Shown here: in pieces, positions 39,195-53,710 of the stretch | How the letters are laid out: each line of letters opens with the position of its first letter | Position numbering within the stretch: the first letter of the stretch is position 1 | DNA from: Mobula hypostoma | Lineage: Eukaryota | NCBI RefSeq assembly: GCF_963921235.1 | Contig: NC_086107.1 | Coordinates: 100,752,001 to 100,816,000, forward strand | Direction: 5' to 3' | DNA: 64,000 nt | The notes under the pieces: model-generated | The model's database searches: none | What the model saw: only the letters and a program-made list of their open reading frames with translations | Told to the model about the DNA's origin: nothing | Translations under genes and position numbers: made by a program

Positions 39195-40112
39195 TCGGAA
39201 AAGATGGTTGGAGGAGTGGGTAGTGTTGAGGAAACAGAGAGCCTGCAGAGAGACTTAGGTAGTTTAGGGGAATGGGCAAAGAAGTGGCAAATGAAATTCA
39301 ATGTTGGAAAGTGTATGGTCATGCACTTTGGTGGAAGAAATAAACGGGCAGACTATTATTTAGCTGGGGAGAGAATTCAAAATGCAGAGATGTGAAGGGA
39401 CTTGGGAGTCCTTGTGCAGGATACCCTAGAGGTTAACTTCCAGGTTGAATCGGTGGTGAAGAACGCGGATGCAATGTTAGCTTTCATTTCTAGAGGTATA
39501 GAATATAAGAGCAGGGATGTGATGTTGAGGCTCTATAAGGCATTCGTGAGACCACATGGAGTATTGTGTGCCGTTTTGGACCTCTTAATTTAGAAAGGAT
39601 ATACTGACATTGGAGAGGGTTCAGAGAAGATTCACAAGAATGATTCCAGGAATGAAAGGGTTACCGTATGAGGAACGTCTGGCAGCTCTTGGGCTGTATT
39701 CCCTGGAGTTCAGGAGAATGAGGGGGGATCTCAAAGAAACATTCCAAGTGTTAAAAGGCCTGAACAGATTAGATATGACAAAGTTATTTCCCATGGTAGG
39801 GTAGTCTAGAGCAAGAGGGCACGACTTCAGCATTGAAGGACGTCCATTTAGAACAGAGATGTGGAGAAATTACTGTAGTCAAGGGTGGTAAATCTGTGGA
39901 AGTTGTTGCCACGAGTGGCTGTGGATGCTAAGTCACTGGTTGCATTTAAAGCAAAGATAGATAGGTTCTTGATCAGCCAGGGCATCAAAAGGTATGGGGA
40001 GAAGGCAGGGGAGTGTGGATGACTGGAAGAATTGGATCAGCCCATGATTGAATGGCGGAGCAGACTTGATGGTTTGAATGGCCTACTTCTGCTCCTATAT
40101 CTTATGGTCTTA
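39195..40112 (+). mobile_element. CR1 LINE 3' part
   Basis: LQRDL..LGEWAKKWQMKFNVGKC.VMHFG; ERVQRRFTRMIPG; tail tcttatggtctta. Confidence 0.93.
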
Positions 40113-40309
40113 ACTAATTAACTATGGAAGCTATATTAACAGTTTAATAGCTAGTTAACTATGGAAACAATGTTTCTCAAGCTTATGACTCTTGAGTAGG
40201 ATTGTCCCAGGGTGCATATTAAATGCCTGTTATGTTTGGAATTTTAAAATCTTATACCTTCACAATTTGGTGTGCCTCTCATTGGCAGGCTCACCACAAT
40301 CTTGTGCAG

Positions 40310-41830
40310 AATCATAGAAACATAGAGCACAGAAACAGGCCTTTAGCCCATCTAGTCCTTATGAACATGATGCCTCTCTCATTTATAGATCTTGTTTAAT
40401 GTCTGTCCCACATTAAGCACATATCCCTCTATGCTTTTCCTATCCAAATGCCTTTTGAAATGTTGTAATTGTATCTGCCTCCATGATCTCCTGTGGCACC
40501 TCATTCCAGATACTGTAATCAACACCCACGGTATGGAAAAACTTGCCACTCTTGATTTCTCCCCTCTCACCTTAAACCTATGGACTCTAGTTCTAGGTTT
40601 CCCTGTTCTTGGAAAAAGATAGTAACTGATTATTCTATCTATGCCCCTCATAATTTTATAAACTTCTTTCTTTTTAAATCTTTTTATTGAATAAGTATAC
40701 AAAAAGGTAAGCCATATAGGCACTAATACACTGTTAGAATATAATAAAATTACAGAAGATATTAATACAAAAAAAAACTACAAACAATGTAATTTAAACA
40801 TAACGTACCAAGGTAACATAGTAGTATACTAATTTTTATATATATATATCAATAGAGAAAAGGAAAAAAAAACCCAAAAAAAAACCCACCGTGCAACTAA
40901 CTAAAAGCAAAGCAAAGCAATGGGCTAACTTGAAACCAAACAGAGTTAAAAAACTTAAAATCACGTCCTCAATCCTGACCTCCATTAAAATCAGTAAAAA
41001 AAAACAAGAAGGGTATATATTACATTAAATGAAAATATTGAATAAAAGATTGCCAGGTCTGTTCAAATTTAAATGAGGAGTCATAAAGATTGCTTCTAAT
41101 TTTCTCCAAATTCAAGCATAATATCGTCTGAGAAAACCAAAAAAAGGTAGTTGGAGCATTAAGCTCTTTCCAATGTTGTAAGATGCATCTTTTCGCCATT
41201 AAAGTAAGAAATGCAATCATTCTACGGGCTGAAGGGGAAAGATTACTGGAAATTTTAGGTAGTCCAAAGATAGCAGTTAAAGGGTGAGGAGAGATATCTA
41301 TATTCAATACCTTGGAGATAATATTAAAAATGTCTCTCCAAAAAGTTTCCAGAGTAGGGCAAGACCAAAACATATGAGTTAAAGAGGCTATCTGCCCCGG
41401 ACATCTATCACAAAAAGGATTAATATGAGAATAAAAGCACGCTAACTTATCTTTGGACAATAACTTTATAAACATCTAAGGTCATCTCTCAGCCTCCTTT
41501 ACTTGTGTGAAAATAAGCCCTGCCTATCCATTCTCTCTTTACAGCTATAATTCTCCAGTACTCTCTTATGTACTCTGTCTGTTGTTGTCATTTTGTTCCT
41601 GTAATGTGGTCAAACTAATGTTTTATACAACTGCAACATGATATCCCAGTTCCTGTACACAGTGCCTCGTGCTGTGAAGACAAATATACCAAAACGTCGT
41701 CTTCTCCTCCTTATCCGCCTGTGTTGCCACTTCCATGGAGCGACGGAATTGCATCCCAAGGCTCCTCTGTACATTAACACTCCTGAGGTCCCTATCATTT
41801 ACTTCGTATGTCCCAACAGAAAGTGACCTC
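40310..41830 (-). mobile_element. CR1 3' part interrupted by an L1 insertion
   Basis: MLQLYKTLV (41610..41798) continues after the insert as VYKIMRGIDR; tail atagaaacatag. Confidence 0.75.
40664..41459 (-). mobile_element. 5'-truncated L1-clade LINE (ORF2 C-terminal zinc knuckle, 3' UTR, A-rich tail)
   Basis: Open frame CDRCPGQIASLTHMFWSCPTLETFW; AATAAA + A-rich tail; 14-bp TSD ATAA(T/C)TTTATAAAC at 40650-40663 and 41460-41473. Confidence 0.88.
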
Positions 41831-42635
41831 CCAATAGTGTTGTCCTATTTTTACTTGCATTCATATCCTGCAGAGTGGCAGAGTAAGTTACAGAACTTGT
41901 TTTAATTGATGCTCACAAAGACTCCTTTGCTTCCAGAATTTCAATTTCTGTCTTATTTTGTCCTTCCGGAGGTCAGCAGAAAGTTAGTGCTAGCGGTATA
42001 ATGCAAGTAAAAATAGGACAACACTATTGGGAGGTCACTTTCTGTTGGGACATACGAAGTAAATGATAGGGACCTCAGGAGTGTTAACTTACAGAGGAGC
42101 CTTGGGATGCAATTCCATCGCTCCATGGAAGTGGCAACACAGGCGGATAAGGAGGAGAAGACGACGTTTTGGTATATTTGTCTTCACAGCACGAGGCACT
42201 GTGTACAGGAACTAAGAGGATATCATGTTGCAGTTGTATAAAACATTAGTTTTGACCACATTACAGGAACAAAATAGCAAAGCAAGCAGACAGAGTACAT
42301 AAGAGAGTACTGGAGAATTATAGCTGTAAAGAGAGAATAGATGCAGGCAGGGCTTGTTTTCACACAAGTAAAGGAGGCTGAGAGATGACCTTAGATGTTT
42401 ATAAAGTTATTGTCCAAAGATCTAAGTTAGCGTGCTTTTATTCTCATATTAATCCTTTTTTTTGTGATAGATGTCCCAGGGGCAGATAGCCTCTTTAACT
42501 CATATGTTTTGGTCTTGCCCTCCTCTGGAAACTTTTTGGAGAGACATTTTTAATATTATCTCCAAGGTATTGAATATAGATATCTCTCCTCACCCTTTTA
42601 ACTGCTATCTTTTGGACTACCTAAAATTTCCAGTA
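41244..42635. repeat. Fold-back inverted duplication: arms about 41244-41861 and 42000-42635
   Basis: 42001 atgcaagtaaaaataggacaacactattgg is the reverse complement of 41831-41860; the match continues to the gap with many small indels in the right arm. Confidence 0.95.
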
Positions 42636-42835
42636 NNNNNNNNNNNNNNNNNNNNNNNNNNNNNNNNNNNNNNNNNNNNNNNNNNNNNNNNNNNNNNNNN
42701 NNNNNNNNNNNNNNNNNNNNNNNNNNNNNNNNNNNNNNNNNNNNNNNNNNNNNNNNNNNNNNNNNNNNNNNNNNNNNNNNNNNNNNNNNNNNNNNNNNNN
42801 NNNNNNNNNNNNNNNNNNNNNNNNNNNNNNNNNNN
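42636..42835. other. Assembly gap (200 N)
   Basis: Run of exactly 200 N; a round number typical of a scaffolding placeholder. Confidence 0.99.
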
Positions 42836-45800
42836 GAGGAGTCAATGTTTAAAAGTGGTGGGGGGAGTGATAGGTGAAAATGCTGGGGGTAGTGGGGTGG
42901 TTTGAAGTAAAGACCTGGGGAGTTGATTGGTGAAAGAGATACAGGGCTGCAGAAGGGGGAATCTAATAGAGGACAAAAGGCCATGGAAGAAAGAAAAGGG
43001 GAAGGAGCACCAGAGGAAGGTGATGGGCAGGTAAGGAGATAAGGTGAGAGAGGGAAATGGGAATGGGGAATGGTGAAGGAGGGGCAGTTACCAGAAATTC
43101 GACAAATTGATGTTCATGCCATCAGGTTGGAGGCTACCCAGATGGAATACAAGATGTTGGTCCTCCAACCTGAGTGTGGCCTCATCAGGACAATAGAGGA
43201 GACCATTGATGGACATGTCAGAATGAGAAGTGGAAATAAAATGGGTGGTCACTGGGAGATCTTGTTCCTTCAGTCTGAACCAATACATCCTTTACTTCCC
43301 CATAGCATATTCTCCCTCAGTCTTCACTTGGTGCAATTTACTGACCACCCAACCTGCACCTCTTTGGGATGTAACTGGAGCACTCTATGGAAAACCTAGA
43401 GTGTCACAGGGAGAGCATGTATACTCCACACAGACAGCACCTGATGAGTTGGGGATAGAAACCAGGCCTCCATTGTCGTGAGGCAGTGGTTTATTCTTGG
43501 TACTATAGCATCAGCAAAGTCTGTCTGTAAGTCTAGGTACCCTATAGGATGCGGACTTTGGTGACCATGGCTTTCCATATAGATCTATCCTTCGTTTTTT
43601 GGATGACTTCCATTTCCTCGATGTGTAGCCACCTGGCTATGCTTTTGATGTACATAAGCCAAGGTCTTCCTCTAGGTTTGCTCCCCTCAATCTTTCCAGA
43701 GAGTCTGAGTTTTTCTAGTTCATCTTTCCGCGTGATGTGTTATATATATATGTCCTCTATTAGACTCCCCCTTCTCCAGCCCTGTATCTCTTTCACCAAT
43801 CAACTCCCCAGGTCTTTACTTCAAACCCATCGCCCCCTCCCCACATTTTCACCTATCACTCTCTTCCCCCACCCCACCACTTTTAAACATTGACTCCTCG
43901 TTTTTTCTCCAGTCTTGATGAAGGGTCTCAGCCTGAAACGTCGATTAGTCTCTTTTTCCATAGATGCTGCTTGGCCTGCTGAGTTCCTCCAGCATTTCGT
44001 GTAAGTTGCTAAGACTGAAGGACTTGCTTTACTAGGATAGGAAAGATTTGGAGGGATATATGCCAAACAAAGTAGTATATCAGCAAAGTACATGTCTAAA
44101 AAAACATTGAATTCACTGACTTATAATGGTAATTACAAATGTGATTAAAAGAGAAAGATGGTTAAGTGCAGATGCCGGTATTTGGACCAAATGAGATTAA
44201 AATAAATGTCAGTCTTGCCAAAGGGTTTCAACCCGAAATGTCAACTACTTTTTTCCATGCCCGTCCCTGTGTTACATATGACTATGAGCACAGAAAAAAG
44301 GTCCCATTTCTCTTGCTCCCACCACCTCTAACGACCCCTACATAGCTTTTTCCTAACATGTCTTTTTTCTCTACAGTAGCAAATCAATAAGAACACTTCT
44401 GGAATGTGTGAGGAAACTAGAACATCTTATAGAAACTCAAACTCAGACTACATTCACACAAGCTCAAAATTGAAGCTGCATCACTGGATTTGCGATAGAT
44501 ACAGCACCTTTACTGCACTGAACACTTCTTGACACTCAGGAGATACAGCTTAAGAGACTGTATTTTATAAAAATGGCCAGAACTCGCTTGTGTGTTAATA
44601 AAGCACCTCTTGCTGTTTTTTTTTTTCCAAAATGGCTACCAATTTAGCAATAACAAGATACTACCACTAAAATACAGATCATCATAGCATACAAGTACAA
44701 GGATAACAGGAGAATCACTAAGAACATTGGTAGTAGTTCAGGGAAGTATTTCTGCCTGCTGTTAAGTAGACTAATGAAATTGCTCTAGATTCCTGCTGCT
44801 TCACAAAAGCCTGAAAATGTTCTCTATCAAGTGTCTGTCAAATGCCACATTGTAGAGTCTGATTGCTTCCATGAAGTTTCAGATCATGATGTAAAAACAT
44901 TTTTCCACACAATTCCCCATTGTCATTTGGCCAAAAATTTTAAATACGCCCCTGATCTTGAGGTGAGTTTAATTGTTTTCCTCCAAGGAGAACCATCCCA
45001 GCCAAACCTTGCACTGTAAGTCTTCAAATGCCAGGGACTTCTGAACCATTCGATTTTGTTTTAAGTCTTGAACACATTGATCTATCAGTTGTAAATATTA
45101 CCAGAAATGGCAAGGAGGGAAGTTTGGAGAGGCATTAGAATATGAGATGTTGTGAGGAATATTTGAAACCAAAGTTAGTAACCATTAAAATAATCTGAAC
45201 AGATGGTAAAAGGAAGATAGATACAGTACATTTAGTGAAGAGGACAGAGAGGTAAATCTAACAATCGTAAAGGGGAAAATCAGGGAATGTAAGTGCAATG
45301 AACATCTTAATCAAATAGAAACATCAAACTTCAGTTATGATTAAAAATCATGAGTGAAAGACAAGTCAAAAAAAGAATAAAGTTCATGAGGAAGGAAGAT
45401 TTTCCCCCAGATGGTGCTCCTAAACAACTGAGGGAAGTTAACTTAGCAAACTGTACATCATAGTCATACAGGAAAAGGACCTTCAGCTCACCATATCTAT
45501 GCCACCTGCTGTACATTATTTATGGGATTATTTACATTCATCCCATTTACCTACATCAGGCCTATAACTTTATGTCTCAGCGATTCAAATATTTATCTAG
45601 AAATTTCTTAAATATGAGAGTATCTGCCATCAGTAACTCTCCAAACAGCACATTCCAGACTATATGGTCTGGAAGAAATAAAACCCTCCCTCAGGTCATC
45701 TCTAAACTTCGAGTCTCTAACTTTAAACCTACAGACTCTTGTCCTGGATACTCCCACTATGGAAAAAGATTTTTACTATCTACCCTCCCTATCCCCTCAT

Positions 45801-48800
45801 AATTTTAGCTATCACAGCCTGCTCAATTCAAAGGAAAACAAACCCAGTCTCCTTTCAATTGAAATGCTCCATTTCCAGGCAACATCCTGGCGAATATCCT
45901 CCACACCCTCTCCAGCACAATCATATCCTTCCTATAGTGTAGTGACCAGAACTGTACACAATACTCCTGATATTGTCTAACCAATGTTTATATGATGTTG
46001 TTACAAATTGTCTCAACTTTTATATTGTATGCCATGGCTAGTTAATGTAAATATGCCATATACCTTCTTCCCCACCTTATCCAATTCAGGAAAACTATGG
46101 ACTTGACAACCAAGTCCCTCTGTTCATTAGTATTTAACTATCTAGGATCCTACCCTAGTTTGCCTTCTTTCAAAATACATCAGCTTGAATTTGTCAAGAT
46201 TAAATTGGTCTTTTGGCTATGGGAGAAGAAGTTGAGCACCCAGGATGACAGAGAGTACATGTGAACTCCAGGGAAAACACCACACTGCAGGTGCTGTGTA
46301 ATGAAGCTACACTATTAACTGCAGCACTCTTCTGCTATGCACTGTGAGTTGTGATCTGGCACACATTGGTCATTTTAACCGCACTTAAAAGTTGAAGCAT
46401 TTAATAACCAAAAATATTCAATTTTAGTGATACTGAGTAAAGACAAACTTCCCTGAGCTGAATCACAAATAAACACTGAACAGTTTACCCCAAAATAAAT
46501 TATGCATCACAGAATTTTGCATAAACTTCTCAAAACCACCATGTGATAATTATCAAAGGATCTGTTTTAGTGACGCTGATTGATAATCTCTAGTCTGCTG
46601 ACATCAGTGAAGTATCATCTCAAAATATTTAACTACTCTTTCAATCACCTTTCTGAAATATAATTAATGAAAACATTAGTACCAATTAACATTACAATAC
46701 ATAATTACCTATTGAAAATCTTCACTTAATTCCTTATCCCTCCTACTCTAAAACTCAAGTGTTGACCAGTTAGTGAAACCTCACTACTAACTACTATATT
46801 TGTTTTGTGTCCTCATCTTTCCCTTTTGCTGCACTTTGGCAATATCATCGAGGTTAGCTTCTATATTAACTTTCTTCTTTGCCAAGTCTTCTCAGCCCCT
46901 TGGTTAGCTCCACAGTACTATTTTTATCTTGTGACCAACCATAAGAAACCAAACACTTTATTGTGTTTGGCTTCTACTCTTTTTCCAGCATTTCTCCCCC
47001 TAACCATTTCTACGTTCTCTCCACATAAAATATCTTAGGATATTTAAAAAAAAAATTTAATTTATTTTTTTATTTAGATATACAGCATGGTAACTAGCCC
47101 TTTCTAGCCCAATGAGTCTGCACTGTCCAATTAACCTACTAACCTGTATGTCTTTGGAATGTGGGAGGAAACAGGAGCACCCAGAGGAAACCCAATTTTG
47201 TATCTGGGTCTAAGACTACTTCCATAGCAATTCCCACCTCTGCTCTGAAACCATTTTACATATTATTTTCACCTTCATGGTTAACCTATAAAAAGCGCCA
47301 TATAAGCTTACAAAGCTGGAATATTTTCCAAATCCAGATTTTTTGGAAACCTGGACCAAGGTAAATCAAACAAAGGGTCTCAAATACAAGTTTTGATGAC
47401 AGATCTGTGTCATTCTTTCCCAACATACTGGCAAGAGGGCTTAACAAATGAGATGCAGTCAGTGAATGGCAAAAAATAAAAAGGGTTTAAGGTACCTATA
47501 AAAAGATGTGAAATTCTGAAAATAAAATGTGTGACAACATAAAAATTTCATTTTATCAATCTCATGAGTGACATGTTTATTCTTTAACCCTTCAGCCCCA
47601 CATATTCTCACAAATATTAGCAAATAATAAAATTTGTTGTATTTACTACAGATCTATTTCTTTACCCAAGCACTAAGATACCTCTCTCACACCTGGGAGA
47701 TGCCCTGAAAACAGTCATGATAAGCACTTTTTAGTTAGATTGATATCATGCTCAGAAATTCCAAAGACAACTAAAGAGGTTCCTTGAACTTGTGGAACGT
47801 AGCAGGCCAGGCATCATCTATAGGAAGAAGTACAGTTGACATTTCGGGTCAAGGCCCTTCGTCAGGACTAACGGAAAAAAAGAGATAGCAAGAGATTTGA
47901 AAGTGTGAGGGGGAGGGGGGAGACCCGAAACGATAGGAGAGGACAGGAGGGGGAGGGATGAAGCCAAGAGCTGGGAAGTTGATTGACAAAAGGGATACAA
48001 GGCTGGAGAAGGGGGAGTATCATAGGACAGAAGGCCTTAGAAGAAAGAAAGAGGGAGGGGAGCACCAGAGGAAGATGGAGAACAGGCAAGGAGTTATTGT
48101 GAGAGGGAAAGAGAAAAAAAATTAGGGATGGGGTATGAAGGGGACGAGGGGCATTAACAGAAGTTAGAGAAATCAATGTTTATGCCATCAGGTTGGAGGC
48201 TACCCAGATGGAATACAAGGTGTTGTTCCTCCAACCTGAGTGTGATTCTCCTGTTTGCGGTCTTGAATTTGTGTTCAAGCAGCTGCAACAATAACCTGCA
48301 TTTACGTGGCAACCTATATTCCAAGGCATTACACAGAAATATTACCAATCAAAAATTGTCACAACCACATATAGGAACAGAGGTAGATCTTAAAGAACAT
48401 CTCAAAAGTGGAGAGGTAAAGTGGTATCCGTAATAACTGCCAGAAGTTCAAGTCAGCCATAGCCATACTGAAGTCAACTGTGTACATGAAAGAGGCCAAT
48501 GGAGGAGCATAGAAATCTTCGACAATTGTAGGGCTGATGAAGGAACAGAGATATAGAGTAGGATAATGGAGGGATCTATAAAAGAGAATAAACAGAAAAT
48601 GAAATACCCAGCAGATGAAGAGACATCTAAAGAGAAAGAGTTAATGACCCATCATCATAACGAGGAAGAATTGGAAATAAAGCATACTTCACGTTGTAGG
48701 AAAGGCTGAATGAAGAGAAGATATATGTAACAGAGTTTAAACCTCTATTCTTACCCCCACTCTGCAATTCAGAACATTTTCTTTCTAACTTTTTCTAGTT

Positions 48801-49698
48801 CTGATGAAAGGTCATTGACCTGAAAAAAGTTTCTTTCTCTCTCTCTCTCTCTCTCTACAGATGCCACTTGACCAGCTGAGTTTTTCCAACATTTTGTTTT
48901 TATTCCTACAGACCAACACCTCAAGCCTTTGCTTTCTGGAATAAATGTTGGCAGCATTAAGTGTTTATGTTATTTTATTTCCCAAGACGACATTTTTTTT
49001 AAAAAAGATTATTTGGCTCTTCAAAAGGTAATGAATGAATGAATGAACTCTTTATATGCATTCCAAGAGGCATAACAGGAATTTATGAAGCAGAATTTGA
49101 CTTAAAATACAAAGAGATAATAGAATATAAATTTTGCAGAATATCTTATAGGAGGAGAGATGTATAGATATACTATTTTTGTTCATTAATTTAATAAAAA
49201 TATAGTGTTTGGTGACCATAGAGATGGAAGGTCCACCTCTGAGTGCAATTCTGTGTATATCGCACAGGACTGATGAATTTTAAACCAGTTCTTAGGATTA
49301 TATTTTTAAACTCCTGCATTTTATTCTCAAATTGGAAAACCAGCAGTTCAACTTATAATGCACAATTGAGTTGGTACTGTTAAGGTTCATTACTTAACAG
49401 TAATGGAAGAACTCAAAGCCTTTTAAACTCAGATTCTGGGATTGTTACCATCATTTCAGGGATTACATTCAATAATTCAAACCCATTTTATTGATATGAA
49501 TCAAAACAAATGCGGGTTTGATAATGACATTGCTTCTTTCAATTAAAGGTAGCAGCGGTATTGACAGCAAATCCATAAGGGCTACTGCCATGCTAAAAGT
49601 ATTTTCTTCAGTCTTGTATAGGTGCCAGTGACAGATTTCTAGCAGCTCCAGTCAGCAGTATATTAACAGTCTCAACAATTGTCATGTTGCTCAGTGGG

Positions 49699-49824
49699 TC
49701 ATAATTCAGATCTTGTCTTTGTAATCCTTGGCCCTTTTCGAAGCTCCTTCCTCTTATCTACTTTTTTCCTCCTTTTCTCCTCATCTTTCAAGGCTTTGCG
49801 AAAGGCATCATTATCGTCAGTAAA
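49699..49824 (-). other. CCDC134: Mirror copy of the CCDC134 terminal exon in the left palindrome arm (probably artefactual)
   Basis: Reverse complement of 56290-56415 with one substitution (KKEDKR to KKVDKR). Confidence 0.8.
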
Positions 49825-52800
49825 CTGTAAAATACAAATAACAGTGCTGGATCAATTTGTGAATCGGATCTTTTAACATTTGTCATTCTCAATAGCACCC
49901 TCAATGTAGCTTTACAAATCACTGATTCATTGGTTAACAATGAGAAATAATTTGTTTTTACTTTGTTACATTAATAGTAAATAAAGAAACTATTCTGTTA
50001 AGATTTTAGGGAAAAGCTAAAGTCATGGAGCCTTTGAAGTGATAGTTTGTGAACAATAACTCTGGTGTTTGAAAAGATTTGTTAGGTTTCAGGCACCTAA
50101 TTTCGGTGCCACAGTAGCGTAGCAGATAGCACAATGCTACCACAGCTCGGGGCATTCCAGAGTTTAGAGTTCAGTTCCAGTGCTGTCTGTAAGGAGTCCG
50201 TACACCCTCCCCGTAGAATGCTGGGTTTTCCCCAGGTGCTCCAGTTTCCTCCCACAGTCCAAAGACATACCAGGTAGGTTAATTATAAATTCTCCAATGA
50301 ATAGGTTAGGGTTAATTGGGGTTGTAGGGACCCGGAGGCAGCGTGACTCAAGGGGCCAGAAGGTCCAACTGCGTGACATATTGCAAAGTAAATAAAATGA
50401 ATAATTAGATGTAAAATGCAAGTTTAACAGATAATTCTGTGATTCTGTAAACAGACACAGCATTATGGAACAACCAGATAAGTGACAAAAAAAAACACAA
50501 AATTGTGTTACTGAAAATGATATCTCATCTTTTGGATAGTTCCAGATACTTCGCATGTAACAAAGGTCAATAGCAGATGCAATCTCAATGGCTTTCCGTG
50601 GGGCTTTAGACCATCTGGACAACACAAACACCTATGTCAGGATGCTGCATCGACAATAGCTCAGCATTTCATTCCCACAATGCTGATTGAAAAGTTGCAG
50701 AACCTGGGACTCTGTACCTCCCTCTGCAATTGGATCCTCGACTTCCTAACTGGAAGACCACAATCTGTGCAGATTGGTGATAACATCTTCTCCTTGCTGA
50801 CAATCAACACTGGCGCACCTCAGGGGTGTGTGCTTAGCCCACTTCTCTACTCTGTAAGTACACATGACTGCGTGGCTAGGTACACCTCAAATACCATCTA
50901 TAAATATGCTAACGATACAACCATTGTTGATAGAATCTCAGGTGGTGACGAGAGGGCGTACAGGAGTGAGATATGCCAACTAGTGGAGTGGTGCCACAGC
51001 AACAACCTGGCACTCAATGTCAGTAAGATGAAAGAGCTGATTGTGGTACAACTTCATAAACCATTAGGTCACAACTGGGGTACTACAGGCAGTTCTGGTT
51101 TGTTTATTTGTTTAGTGATACAGCACAGAGTAGGCTCTTCTGGCCCTTCGAGACACGCCGCCCCAGCAACCCAACAACCTAGATTAACCCTAACCTTATC
51201 ATGGGACAATTTACAATGACTAATTAACCTACCTGGTGCATCTTTCGACTGTGGGAGGAAACTAAAGCACCCTAGGAACACGCATGCATTCTACAGGGTG
51301 GATGCAGAGAGACCCTTTATAGAAGTGTCAGAATTGAACTCCAAACTCTGGAAGGCCCCAAGCTGTATTAGTGTCACGCTAACCACTTACACTACTGCCG
51401 CACCCATATGGTTTTCTCAATATACGAAGGAAATGATTGCACAGGAAAGAGTCACAGGATGCTTCTTAGCATGAAACATCTCACCTATGAAAAGACCGTA
51501 AGACAATGGTGCAGAATCAGGCCATCGGCCCATCAAGTCTGCTCCACCAATTGATCATAGCCGATTTATTATCCCTCTCAACCCCCATTCTCCTGCCTCA
51601 TCCCCATAACTTTTGATGCCTCTACTAATCAAGAACCTATCAACCTCCACTTAAAATATTCCTAATTAATTGGCCTCCACAGCCATCTTTGTTCACCTCC
51701 ACAAATTCACAACCCTCTGGTTAAAGATTCTTGCTCATCTCTGTTCTAAAGGGATGTCCTTCTATTTTGCAGCTGTGCCTTCTGGTCTTAGACTCCCCCA
51801 AAATAGGAAATATCCTCTTCACACCCACTCTGTCTAAGCCTTTTAATATTCAATAGATTTGGAACTCGGTGTTCTGGAAGACTTCTATTTTGGAGGTGAG
51901 CAAGATGGACTGATAAAGGTTGTGGATGTGGGCAACAGAGAGGCAGAGGCAGAGAAGGCAGTAAGCGATGATCAAGAGGAAAGGGAATGGCAAACAAATG
52001 AGTCAGATATGGAGGTGAACAGTGCATGGGATGGTGGGGGGAGGAAAGAGGGAGAGAAATACATTTTCAGTTAGATGGTTAACCAATTAAAACAGCCAGA
52101 GGCTGAAGGAACTGAATATGCAGAGTATGCAGAGTAAGACAGCTCTGGTATCAGTACGTACCTTGGAAAATCTCTGGCTTATTGTCAGTCTTAAAACTGG
52201 ATAGCCTGAGTGACAATACGAAGAGTGATTAACATGTCAAGAAGGCAAAAGAGACAACGGATTCTGAAATCTGGCATCAAAAAAATTGCTGGAATGTTGG
52301 AAGAACTCATTCCATCAGAAAGACACTGGATAGGCTGGCTTTGTTTTTCTCAGAACAAAATAGAAGGGAACATGACTGAGATAAGCAAAAATCTGAGGGA
52401 CACTGCTAAAAGTAGATGCCTTCCCAGCATCCAAGACACCTTCAAAAGGCAATAGCTCAAAAAGGCTGCATCTATTGTTAAGGACCCCCATCACCCAGGA
52501 CATGCCCCCTTCTCATTGCCACCATCAAGAAGGTATAGGAGCCTGAGACACACACTCAGGAATAGCTTCTTCCCCTCTGCCATCAGATTTCTAAATGAAC
52601 AATGAACCCATTAACACTACTTCACATTTATTTTGCACTACTAATATTTTTTAATATATATATTTCTTATTGTAACTTATGTTTATTAGTATGTATTACA
52701 ATGTACTGCTGCCACAAAACAAATTTATGACATTTGCCAGTGATATTAAACCTGATTCTGAGAAACTTTCATGCACAGCAGAGATGTAAAATCAGAGCAT

Positions 52801-53359
52801 AAAAGTAAGGGGTGGAGGTTTGCAGGGAATCAGAACTTCTTTTTCTATCCAGATGTTGGTTGTAATATGGAGGGAGTGGTAGAGGCAGAAAGCTTCCCAA
52901 CACTTAATAAGGATCTATAGGAACCCTTGAATTCTTATGGCATGGAAGGCTAAGAGAAGTGTTGGAAAAATGGGAATAGCATAGACATAGTTTATGATTG
53001 GCACGGTCATGGTAGGCTAGTGTCTGTTTCTGTGCAATATAACTCAAATACTCGATAACTTCCATTGAGTATTTGAGTTATATTGCACAGAAACAGACAC
53101 TAGCCTACCATGACCGTGCCAATCATAAACTATGTCTATGCTATTCCCATTTTTCCAACACTTCTCTTAGCCTTCCATGCCATAAGAATTCAAGGGTTCC
53201 TATAGATCCTTATTAAGTGTTGGGAAGCTTTCTGCCTCTACCACTCCCTCCATATTACAACCAACATCTGGATAGAAAAAGAAGTTCTGATTCCCTGCAA
53301 ACCTCCACCCCTTACTTTTATGCTCTGATTTTACATCTCTGCTGTGCATGAAAGTTTCT

Positions 53360-53710
53360 CAGAATCAGGTTTAATATCACTGGCAAATGTCATAAATTTG
53401 TTTTGTGGCAGCAGTACATTGTAATACATACTAATAAACATAAGTTACAATAAGAAATATATATATTAAAAAATATTAGTAGTGCAAAATAAATGTGAAG
53501 TAGTGTTAATGGGTTCATTGTTCATTTAGAAATCTGATGGCAGAGGGGAAGAAGCTATTCCTGAGTGTGTGTCTCAGGCTCCTATACCTTCTTGATGGTG
53601 GCAATGAGAAGGGGGCATGTCCTGGGTGATGGGGGTCCTTAACAATAGATGCAGCCTTTTTGAGCTATTGCCTTTTGAAGGTGTCTTGGATGCTGGGAAG
53701 GCATCTACTT
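53360..53710 (-). mobile_element. Rex1/Babar-type 3' end (mirror at about 52410-52760)
   Basis: LPSIQDTFKR..KKAASIVKDP motif and aaacctgattctga tail. Confidence 0.75.

Noticed and set aside
41873..41881. Possible 9-nt frame-preserving microexon (cctgcag|AGTGGCAGA|gtaagt)
   Set aside because: It lies in the spacer of the suspected fold-back read, where base calls are unreliable, and has no homology support.
49699..49824. A second CCDC134 gene copy
   Set aside because: It is only the mirror image within the palindrome and carries a non-conservative change. Not counted as a paralogue without read support.
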